Below are positions 53,606 to 64,000 of a DNA stretch of 64,000 nt, piece by piece (position 1 is the first letter of the stretch; every line of letters starts with the position of its first letter). The stretch lies in the NCBI RefSeq assembly GCF_009914755.1, contig NC_060945.1, one strand, 5' to 3'. Origin of the DNA: the human T2T-CHM13v2.0 reference genome, Homo sapiens. Position numbers and translations under genes: made by a program. The notes under the pieces were generated by a model. That model was not told the origin of the DNA. It made no database searches and worked only from the letters and a program-made list of their open reading frames with translations.

Positions 53606-54096
53606 TGTGGGCGTCTGCCCCACAGACCCTGACCCAATGACAGATGAATAATGTACACTGACACACAGATATTCTGCTTTGCCAGTCCAGCTAAGTGTCT
53701 CAGCTGCTTACAGACTCCCTGGAGAGTACTGTAAACAGTTGTCGACCAGCTAGTGAGACTTACATTTATTTGGTAAAGATTAATTGACAAAGGCTCGAGT
53801 CAACACCACTACAGGGTAATTGACAATGTGGACTTCCCGAGTAGAAAGCAATTAAGCACCTGTGGTAAATCAAAGGTTAGTCTTAAGACCACATGAGTAA
53901 ACAAGCTAGCTAGAAAAACTCTCCACATTCCTTTGTTACTACTTTAATATATTTAACTAAAGGTAAAGGGACCAGGCCACCTTCAGCCAGATCTATTACC
54001 GAAGTTATGCAAACTCTCAGGCCTTCCAAGAGAGTCTGTGGCTGTTACTATAACCATCTTTAATATTTTTCCCACCAGCCTGATTGAACCCCTACA
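53606..54096 (-). mobile_element. LTR22-like (HERV-K HML-5) solo LTR
   Basis: Minus strand starts TGTAGGGGTTCAATCAGGCTGGTGGGAAAAATATTAAAG and ends CA, ~490 bp. Flanks ACAGGC / ACAGAC form a TSD with one mismatch. Confidence 0.82.
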
Positions 54097-56479
54097 ACAG
54101 ACTATGGTAGGTCAGACCCAGAAGTGCCATGACTTTTCAGACATGGTCCACAGGTGTAGCAAGATGCCCCAAGCCCCACTCCTCAGTATTTTTTGGTTCA
54201 TTAAATACAAAAAATGAACGTTGTACTTGGCCTTATATTGTTTTTTAAACCACAGACTGCTTGGGTTTTGTTTTGTTTTGTTTCCATCACTAGTATGTTT
54301 TGCTCCTGAAGATTGTTTTCTGACCCCATGCCTTTGCTCAAGAAAAGAAAAAATTCCCTGCCTGGAATGCATTCTATTCATCAAAACCCTTCCCTTTCTG
54401 AAATATCACCTCCTTCAATAAGCCTTTCCTGCTCAGCCCACTATATGAGTATGAGTATCCTCATACTCAGAAGCAGCTCACACATGCTAAGCTGCCCTAC
54501 TCCAATTAAGAAGAAAATACTAACACAGCATCTATAGCTTTCATTCAAGGAAGGCTGAGTACTTGTTAAGATCATTTTTTCTAAGTTCACTTAGCTGTTA
54601 AAGCAGCAAGGGCAGGATTTGGATCAGGTTCTGTTTGGTTCCAAACCCACCATGAGGAGCCACTGTGCTGTTTTACCTCTGAGAAAGACCTGACTTAAAA
54701 CCCGACCTCTATGTTATGAGAGTCAGGCTCCTAGGATGGGGAACCACGATAGGTGCATGCATGTCTTGTCTTGCATTAGAGATTTTTATGTACATTTTCC
54801 CTTTCTAGATTATAATCTCTCCAAGGGCAAGAACTCCCTAACACCTTTCTGTACCTCTTACATCATTGTGACATCAAAGATTCTTAGCAAATGCTTGTTA
54901 AGTAAATGAGAGCAGACATTCTTGCTCCCCACTGATTTTATCTTGGATGCTAATAATACAGTAACCTTATTTCCAAAAACCATTCCCACAGAGCCCGACA
55001 CACCGTGGAACAAAAACTGAGAATTGGATTGAAGAACTGGATTGAGAAAAGGAAACACTTTGGTGAAATCACAACCTGTAAACAGACCTCAAAACATAGT
55101 GTTCACTCAACTGAAGCTGAACGTTCTATAGCCTGGGTTCATTTGGCTTGATTGCGCATCACTTGTTTACTTGGTGTGTATAACACTCCACAGGAGTCAC
55201 AGGGTCCTTTTATAGGCATCTCTGGTCTGTTGTGGGCCCCGGGTAGTCATAGTCCCACTGTCTTGCTCATTATCCTCCTGCACCCCCAACACAACTGGAC
55301 ATCACACACTAACTTAACAATTCAGCCTCCTTCCAACTGTCTTACCCCTTCTATCTAGTTTCTTCCTGCCTTAATTAACTTCCTAGCATCATATGAATAA
55401 TCATTTGTTTGTTTGCTCATCCTATTGTGGTTGCCCATCCTATGATCTTAACAAGTACTCAGCCTTCCTTGAATGAAAGCTATAGACCCTCTGTTAGTAT
55501 TTTCTTTTTAATTGGGGTAGGGTGGCTTAGTGAACATGGACCTGACAGTGTTGGTTTAAAATCCAGTGACCATTGCATAGTTCCACTTTAAAATGCCCTA
55601 TGTCACATTAGTGTGAATGCACAGAGGCACAGACAGGCCCAGGGTCTCAGGTTAGAAAATATGATGAGGGGAGGGGTTTCTTCTAAAGAGAACTGTGGAA
55701 TTGTCGGATGTGAATCTGGGCCTGTTGTTCGTTTCTCGCTATGCATGTTTCCATGGGACGGACACTCAGTTGTTACTCTCGCTCTCTCCCACCACTTCCG
55801 CTCTCTTTCACAGGAAGAGGCGGGTCCTACCCTGATGGAAACCGGTTCTGGTCTCTGTCCAATGGGAGTCGCTTCCTGTCCTGCACCTTCCCAACCACAT
55901 CAGTGAAAGGGTGGAAGTGCTGGTCTGCCCACTGCAGGCTTAACCCATGTTCTTCCTACTAGGAAAGGGACGTTTCCATTTTCATCCACCTGACTCCCGA
56001 GTTGGTTGCAAAGATAGAAGAAAGGAACAGCCATTTATTCTCCTGGAGGCAGGCCCTGCCGGACTTGAGAGGGCCTTTCCTCTGACCCTAAGCATCAGAG
56101 CGGATGGAGACAGAAAATCCTGAGGCCGCTGTATGGTGGGTCTCTTCACAGCCATGGGGCCCAGCCCCACTCGCCTCCACCAGGTTATGGCCCAGCAGCT
56201 GGGACTCCGTCCAGAAGAGCACCTGCAGCACGTATCCTGTGTTCTCCATCAAAGCGGCCTGGAGTCCGCCTGCGTCCCCAGCAAGCAGCACTCCCGCCCT
56301 AAAACCAAAGGGCGCAGCAAGGAAATGGGAGGGCTGCGCTTTGCTTCCTGTCTGATAACTACCAACAACCGGGCTTCTGCCCAGCATAGCTAGATAAGGG
56401 GAGGGCACTCCATTTGACATGCCCTGAAGACTGTCCAAGCGATGGCTTAGGAAGGCCATTCCAATTTCAAGTCCTGAAA

Positions 56480-56650
56480 GCTGTAAGATTTTTCTGTGAC
56501 TTAGAGTGATTTATAACATAGTTTAACCTCTCAAAGCTTCACATCTGTAAAATATGGATAAAACTATCTCAAAGCGGTATTGTGCAAGTTAAATGAAAAA
56601 GATAGTGTATGCACATTGTTTGGCACTAAGCTATTATTATTATCAAAAGT
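56480..56650 (+). mobile_element. MIR SINE fragment
   Basis: tttaacctctc..catctgtaaaat.ggataa..tattgtg.aagttaaatga. Confidence 0.7.
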
Positions 56651-59156
56651 AGTAGCAATTAGTATTATTGTTTAAAGGAGAAAATGATATCCATTGGGAG
56701 GCTCCTCTTTGGACCTGAAAGCTTAATATCTGGAATTACTTAGAACTGGAATGCCAGCCTCCGCCTCCTGCCAGCAGCCTGCTGCCAATTCTGATGAGAC
56801 AGCTTAGAAACCATTGCCCTGATGCCATAGAAAAGAAGAGGACAGCTAGCCTTTTCCTTTCTCTTCACCCTTAATTTAAAAAGGTTGGGCAAGTTACACA
56901 TCCACCCACCTCCAAACCTTTCAAACAAGTTTCAGTTATATTCTTGCCGAGTAGAAAAACCAAAAATTAATAAGAGACCTTACTTAAAATAAAAAGTTGT
57001 TAACATCTTGATACATCCTGGCTTTCCAGTTAAGAGACTTTACAGAATGGTTCGTGACTTCTACACCAAATTCTTTCTTGTATATTTTGTCTACACCCCA
57101 CCCCTTCCTTAGCCTCAACCTCATGAGTGCAAATGGAAATCAGCCCTGGCTCCTGGCATCCCACGACGACTTGGAGGTGGAAATTGTTAGTCTGGAGTGG
57201 GATTGAGGGCCCCTGAGGCAGACTGACACTCTTTCAGCTGATGCATGTCTAATGCTGAGCAGGCTGTGACCAACCACCCTCAGGACATGTTTTTATGCAA
57301 GTGTGCTGTAGGGGGTGGTCTTCCTCATAAGTGAGAAAACATGAAAGCAAAGTTCATTTATCCCATCAGTTGGCTGCTTCTCACCATTCACCTGGGCCCT
57401 GCAGTGCTGAGAAAATAGGATGTATTTTAATCTCCAAGCAGACTGGACTCCAATCAATTTAGAGACACAGAGCCACAACATAATTCAATTTGGGGTGATT
57501 CCACTGTCTCTGTAATGTCTAAAGCCCTAATGTACTGCTGACTCTTAGGACAAACTGGCACTGATCAAGAGTGAGGCCACTAAGCCATCACTGATTTCAG
57601 ACTCTCACCCCTGACTTTCTATGTATGGACAACACTTAATATTTCACAGAACCCAAGTTGCACTGGACCGAAGAAGACCTAAATAGCCATGTAGTCCATG
57701 TGCTGCCAAACACCTGGCAAATAGTTGCATGGTTGTTAAATAAGCACACCTCATATCCAGGAACTCCTGGACAAAGGCTGACCATTCCATCTGGACCTCC
57801 TCCAACTTCTAAAAAGCTTTCTCTTGAATTTGGCCAATGGGCATCCCTGCTGAGCCCACCTTTAGTCCAGATGTTACCTTTCTGGATGTTCATTCATGCA
57901 TATAGCTGCAAACGTTTTCCAACAGCTTGATATTGCTAGGCACTGTGCTGGGTCCTGAATCAATGGGTGATAAGGGTAATCCCACTTTCAGCAGAGACAC
58001 TGACAGCCCCTACTTGACATGGTCCTGGGTTCTCTCATTCCCCTTGTCTCTCCCCACTGAACCTGCACTAACTGTCCTATGTCCCTCTTTAAGTGTAGGC
58101 CCAGAATTGATGTTGCAGTCTAATGTATAACAAATAAGTCCTCGTTTGTGACCTGTTTCAGAAAATGCAACCTAAGATTGGGCAGTCATGTCACCTTCCC
58201 GTTTAATTTTCTGTCCATATGAGGCAAAATAGCTTAAGATTAAGAAAAAGCTTTTGGAATTAACTAGCCCTGGAACAAGCATTTGTTGCACCTCTTACGC
58301 TGCAGAGCTGGGCAAATTGTTCAATCTGTCAAGACATTTTTTTAAGTGTACCGTAGGGGCAGTTGGAAGGAGTAATGAGGCAGTGTGTATACAGCACCTG
58401 ACCTAGTCATGGCTCATTAAAAGCTGCTATTCTACATCTCATTGCTGTCATCTCCAAAACGCTGAAGTCTTTTCACATGTGCTGCTGCTCCATCAAACTC
58501 CCAGATGTTTTGGGGAGGACTGGATGGAGGTCCTAACACCTTCAAGATCTAACCCGTCACCTCAGCCTGTTCTTTGGCATCCTGGATGTGTCACATAACC
58601 TATTGTCATCTCAGCCCCATGGCATTTGGAGCTGAGATCAGGATAGCTTCTGTATCCTCATCTGAGTAAAGTATGACCAAGTAAGTTCAAGGGCCGCAGC
58701 CTGGGGTTTAATCCTGCGACCTCCCTTCTAGACGAGCATCCATTTTTTAATTAGTACTGTTTGGCTGTGCTTATTCAATGAGTCATGAGTCATAAACTTG
58801 TAACATCTCCAGATTGTTTTATGAAGTCATATCAGGATGAAATTCTGCCTACCTACTATTTCTGTATTATCTTCTTTAGGAAACATGCCATGTGGCTACA
58901 GAACATGAAAAAACCATTTTTTTTTTCCATAAAGTTTCTACATATAACATGCTTCCTGCAGAAGTTTGTAATTCACATATTCTAGCACTAATTATAATCA
59001 GGTAATATTATGACTTTCTCCAACAGAATAATAGTTTAACATTTTTTTGTGAGAAGATAATGATGTTTTACTCAGTAAAATGAGTTTAAAATTACAAGTT
59101 AGAAAAGTTTATCTAGTTGTTTCTATATAGCATTAATCTGGGCTGCTTTGTCAAAA

Positions 59157-59392
59157 ATTTATTTTATTTTTGAATCAGGGTGTCACTCTGTCACCCAGGC
59201 TAGTGGCGTGATCACAGCTCACTGCAGCCTTGAACTCCTGGGACTGCAGTTGTGCACCACCATGCCCGGCTTTTTGTATTTATTTATTTTTTTGTAGAGA
59301 CTGGGTACTCTCATGTTGCCCAGGCTGGTCCCGGGCTCAAGCGATCCACCCGCCTCTGTCCTTCAAAGTGTTGGGATTACAGGTGTGAGTCA
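59157..59392 (-). mobile_element. AluJ-like element with internal deletions
   Basis: gatcacagctcactgcagccttgaactcctggg and atgttgcccaggctggtc. Only ~235 bp long. Confidence 0.88.
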
Positions 59393-59472
59393 ACAAGATT
59401 TCTTTAAACCAAGGTTAAAACATAAAAAGAAGGCACAGAATTTGGTGTATTTTTGAGTAGTCCAAAGTAATT

Positions 59473-59506
59473 TTTATTCTCTAATTAGTCACCTCACGAC
59501 TTTATT
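59473..59506 (-). terminator. ERG: Distal ERG polyadenylation signals (two AATAAA)
   Basis: TTTATT at 59473-59478 and 59501-59506. Downstream on the minus strand is the U/GU-rich element ttctgtgccttctttttatgttttaa. Confidence 0.75.
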
Positions 59507-61465
59507 TGAATGAATTAATGAGAAGCTAAATAAACTAGCTTTTTAAAAAATATTTTCTTCTCTTTCTCCAGGCAATGGGTCACTTTGGGGCGCTGCAGAA
59601 CATCTGTGCTTTCCCTGTGCCCCATCACCTTCCCAGCTCCTGAGCTGTAGCCATCTCTGCTGCACCTGCTGTCAGAGGGCAGCTCCTCCGGCTCCTGCTC
59701 CTGGGTTGCAGGTGCCACATCTGTGCAGAAGGCTTAGGAGAAGCAGTGAGCCTTCTAACTGCAGCAGTCCTGACAAAGCACTTTGTGAACCCCTCCGGGA
59801 CATAAGGGCATCAAACTAGGAACAAAAACACAGTCTTGACTGTGATTTGGTGATTTTACCACATACAAGGCCCGAAAGCCAATTGAAGACAAGAAAAGAA
59901 GACAAATCTCTTGCCAGCAGGAGTAAGATTGTACAGGAGTCTGAGTATACATCAGGGCAAGCCAAGAGACAGGGACAAACAGAGAGAAAAGGTTCATGCA
60001 ATTATGAATATGACCTGGAGGGGGCTTTGGAATTAGATTACAACAGTAACAGAGAGTTAATGCCATTTTGAAACAATTTAAGAATTATGTATTTGAAGGA
60101 ACTCAGTATTATCATGTTATCCAAAATTATCCCAGTTGCTCATAAGACTTGCTAATAACCTGGATTGGGGGTGGAGGGTTGAGGGATCTAATGGAAAACA
60201 TCTGTTAAAATTGGATAATCATGTCTTGTTTTTATGATCTTGCTCATGAGACAGTCTTGAAGAGAGAACTGAGTGATTATCCAAGTAAATGTGTATTTCT
60301 ATGAAGAATGTAGGTGTGTCTTGACTTTGCATTCCAAAATAAAAATGACTGATCTTTTCCATTAGCACAGTTTGGGTCAGCCTAACTGCCAGCTTTCATG
60401 ATTGTATTTATTTATTTTCCCTAAGGAGATACGGGCACTTTGTGGGCCTTCCCAGGCTGCTGCAAAATGATGGATGGTTGGGCTCCGTCTAATCCAAATG
60501 ACACGGGGTGTCAGGAGCATTGGTAATCGTGTCCTGCCGACTTCAAAGCCCACTGCCAAAACATCCACAGCACAGAGGTTTGGCAACTTCACATAATCAT
60601 AGCAAAAGGACTGCAACGTGAAAAAAACAGGCCCTGAAACAGCTATGAAAAGGGCCAGTTCAGAAACCTATTCAGCTAAGATGTTTCGGCTAGCGCCTTC
60701 GCACGGTCACCTTGTATTTTCACCTTTTGAGTTGCCTTCACCTGGACCAAGGTTGGCAGCATTTGTGATTCAAAGAAAAGATGCCCAGGGAAACTGACTC
60801 TAGATTATGGAAATAAACATTGTCTTCAAGGGATAGCCAGCAACATCAGGCTCAGGGCTAGCGAATCCCAAGCCACAGTGCCCAGGTAACTCTGATGTAG
60901 CAGGACTAAAGCTGTCTACCTAGTGAGAGCTCCTGAAAGAGAAACCCCGCAGCAAATCTAGACGTTATCCCTTGTTTCTGTAAAGTGAGAAATTGCAGCT
61001 ATCCATGACGCTTTATTTGCCAGTAATAATACAGTTTGCCTTACGAGTGGTAGCTTGTTCACTGTTCAACAAATGTATTTTAATCATAGCAGGAATTAAG
61101 GGTGATTTGTGACCAGGTGCTGAACTAGAATTTCTCAATGACAACCCCAGCTTCATAGGCCTCTTTCCATTCCAGGCATAAATATGGAGGCTCCAATGTG
61201 AAACCCGGGGTCCTTCTGTTCCAAAAGGGGCTAGAAATAAAAGACAGGAGGGGAGGCAAGAAGGACCTGGAGAGGCTGACGCCATTTGGGTGCCAAACAT
61301 CCTATTTCCTTGGCTCTCCCTTGCACAAGTTCCTGGACAAAGTAAATTATAACACAAAATCCACAACATTCAGCACATGTTTTCATTAAGCAACTTTAGT
61401 CACTAAAAAAAGTGCAAATGCAGACTCCTGTATAAATCTGATTTGCCATGCTAGGCCAAGCTTAT

Positions 61466-61471
61466 TTTATT
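61466..61471 (-). terminator. ERG: Proximal ERG polyadenylation signal AATAAA
   Basis: Plus-strand TTTATT. In the mRNA it reads UGUAUGUAAUAAAAUAAG, with UGUA (CFIm) elements directly upstream. Would give a UTR of about 1.4 kb. Confidence 0.7.
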
Positions 61472-62811
61472 ACATACATTCTGCATTCTAAGAACTAATA
61501 ACTTCATATTGTAAACATTAAGCATACAGAGTTAAAATTCAAGGCCACATTATATCGATTGTCTCTTTTGTCGTGTGTCTTTGGCTGGCCGAGATCAACT
61601 CGTAGTGTATAAATGCATAAGTTATATAATTATTATATAAAAAGGGGGAAAAACATTGACTTGTATACTTCATTCTGACAAACGCACAGCGTTCGCGACT
61701 CAAAGGAAAACTGGAGGCCGCCTACCCAAAATGCCTGCGTGATTTCTGATTGTGGCAGCCAAGAAGGCCATCTCTTACCTGACCCTGTGGAGAACAAAGC
61801 CCCCACATAATGATGAGGTCCTGAATGTTTCTCTTAAATATCAGACAATTCCAGTTAAAATTTTCATTTGACAAACAAAGAAAGAGATGCGCATTTTTGT
61901 TTCTGAATTCTACTACTTCCCCTTTCTCCATTACGCTGTGTCCTTTCTCCTAACACTGGGTTTGGTATAACACTGACTGCATGAACCCTCGAGTCTCCAT
62001 AACTCATTGTACACAGTCCCCAAATGTCCTGAGTCCAGTCTTCATTGCTTGAGAAGTTTCTTTCCCAGCCCTGGTCTCCTCCTTCTCTGCCTCTTCCTCC
62101 TCCTTCTTCACCCCTCTGTCTACAATCACACGCTCACTCTATACACATCCTCAGTCCCACCTTTTAGTTCATAGTCCCGGTAATACTGTAAAGGAGTTGG
62201 AAACTTTGGGTCATCTTCACAGTTTGAGAAAGCTGACAGCTGTCCATCAAACGGAATGTATTTGATTTCAACCAAAACAGCACATGCCATGCAGTTGCAT
62301 ATCAACGTCTGTTGATGGGCCACAGTCTCTCTCGTGTCTTTTCTCTTGTTTTTGATATGTTTCTATTTTTAAATACAGGTAGTTTTCCTTAAAATGGCAT
62401 TATAAACGGTATGTTAGGTCAAAACTGTGTTGTTTCTATTGCTTTAGTTTCATCCCAGTTTGCATTAGTGGGATTCCAAACTCTACTCTAAAGTTTATAC
62501 ATTTCTTAAGACCACTTTCTTTGGCACTTTGTCCTTAAGACTTCATGCTTCTACATACACTGTCTTTTACAAGGTCAGTCCACAGATGATATGTCCATAT
62601 TCGTGACATTTTTAGCATCCTCCTCATTTCTGTAGTAAGACTTCAGTAACTCCCTCCCAAGAGTCTTTGGATCTCTTCCCCGGCTTCCTTCCCCAGCCCC
62701 AGTAAAGCTTTTTTCATTCCTCTTGAGGCACTTTTGATTCATGTTCTCCGATAGAGTTTGTGGCGATGGGCTGGTGAATGCACGCTGATGGGAAAAGCCT
62801 CCGCCAGGTCT

Positions 62812-63332
62812 TTAGTAGTAAGTGCCCAGATGAGAAGGCATATGGCTGGTGGGGAGCCTAGTGTTGGGGTATATACCCCCAGTTGGTGAATTCCAGTATG
62901 GGTTTGGGGCAGCAAAAAAACTGGAAGATGTCACGGGGAGGGCTGGAGGGTGGGGCGCCACAAAGTTCATCTTCTGTGGGTGGGCGTGATAGGAGCCCAT
63001 GTACGGGAGGTCTGAGGGGTACTTGTACAGAGATGACTCCGGGGGGTGGGGCTGGAGGGCCTGGGCGATCCCGTGGAAGTCGAACTTGTAGGCGTAGCGC
63101 TTCCCATGGACCTTGGTCATGATGTTCTTGTCATAGTAGTAACGGAGGGCGCGGCTGAGCTTATCGTAGTTCATGTTGGGTTTGCTCTTCCGCTCTCCCC
63201 AGCGCCGGGCCACCTCGTCGGGATCCGTCATCTTGAACTCCCCGTTGGTGCCTTCCCAGGTGATGCAGCTGGAGTTGGAGCTGTCCGACAGGAGCTCCAG
63301 GAGGAACTGCCAAAGCTGGATCTGGCCACTGC
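62812..63332 (-). CDS. ERG: ERG terminal coding exon (ETS DNA-binding domain and C-terminal region); upstream exons lie outside the window
   Basis: Translation [85 protein letters not shown]...[11 protein letters not shown] is the ERG C-terminus. Minus-strand acceptor is ttttccttcctctcctgacctcattAG|GCAGTGGC (AG at 63334-63333). Stop TAA at 62814-62812. Length 521 nt = 2 + 173 codons (phase 1). Confidence 0.98.
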
Positions 63333-63419
63333 CTAATGAGGTCAGGAGAGGAAGGAAAACTCCAGTGAGCACAGGTTCCAGGGGAAAGAGGCTCTCTGTG
63401 ATGACGGAAGGAGGTGCTA

Positions 63420-63780
63420 TTGGTGTGCCGCCCACATTCCCTTCACCAGGCCTGTCCGTCCATCCCTCAGCTGCAGGGGTGCGGACTGCTCTCGTTCCAT
63501 GGCCACCCACTTCTCCAGAGAACTGCCCTTGCCTGAACAGAGCCGCCGCCTCGCCCACCCCCAGGTATCCCACAGCTGGGTGGACTGAACGGGGTACCAC
63601 GGGCCGGCCCCCTTGCCTCAAGGAAAGACCAACTCCATGACGCTATTCAGGCTTCAGGGCTCCCGTGGGATTGGGCTGAAACAGCGTCCAGCTGCAAGGA
63701 GGCTTGGAGGAGGCCAGAAACTTCCTTAGCGCTGCCCCTGCAGCACTTCCCATTCTCTCTCTCCTGAGAACATGCCGTTA
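63420..63780 (+). mobile_element. LTR16-like fragment in the last ERG intron
   Basis: gagaactgcccttg...gcctcaagg..gaccaactccatg..gctcccgtgggattgggctga. Confidence 0.45.
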
Positions 63781-64000
63781 ATCAGTCACCTGCACAAGCA
63801 GGCTTACCCCAAGCTCTGCATCAAGGGAACCCGACCTAGGACGATGATCTAACAGATTCAAGACCTAGATGGAATGCAGCGAATTCATATGGGGCAAAGT
63901 TCAGGCTGCTTCCATCCATTTCTGACGTCCTTAAAAGAACAGCCAGATCAACCTGGTGTTTAGGGGATGAAAGAGCTATATATTTTTTTTTCCTATTTTG

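Larger units (their letters stand above)
59440..62811 (-). other. ERG: ERG 3'UTR (long form; distal end approximate)
   Basis: About 3.4 kb with no recognisable interspersed repeats after the stop codon. It ends at AATAAA signals followed by a U/GU-rich tract, and repeats resume with an Alu at ~59390. Confidence 0.85.

Noticed and set aside
63333-63621. N-terminal 96 aa of the 269-aa ORF
   Set aside because: It is intronic: it begins at TTG, has no ATG before the acceptor, overlaps an LTR-like fragment and does not resemble ERG. The real exon starts at the AG at 63334-63333.
62883-63640. Plus-strand ORFs overlapping the ERG exon
   Set aside because: Antisense shadows of GC-rich coding sequence with no recognisable homology.

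Overview
Primate (human-like) genomic DNA. The only protein-coding sequence is on the minus strand at the right end: the terminal coding exon of the ETS transcription factor ERG (ETS domain plus C-terminal tail, 62812-63332), followed by a 3'UTR of about 3.4 kb with proximal and distal AATAAA signals and seed matches for miR-145, miR-30, miR-196 and miR-200bc. The remaining ~59 kb downstream of ERG is repeat-rich: MaLR LTRs including one two-LTR MST element, decayed ERVL pol remnants, ERV1 and LTR22 solo LTRs, L1, L2, Alu, MIR and hAT MITEs. Many elements retain readable target-site duplications (TSDs). The most interesting structure is an MLT1-type LTR about 16 kb beyond the ETS exon. It carries a branch point, polypyrimidine tract, AG, a phase-compatible G-W-T-Q-stop frame and AATAAA, so it looks like an LTR-derived alternative last exon giving an ETS-less ERG isoform. 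I recall such an isoform being annotated, so it is probably not new. Other candidates are a strong CTCF motif beside a 99-bp tandem repeat, an ETS/GATA motif cluster 3' of ERG, and several short palindromes. I found no prokaryotic-type system and nothing I can show to be undescribed. Repeat subfamily names come from recalled consensus sequences, and boundaries without TSDs are approximate.
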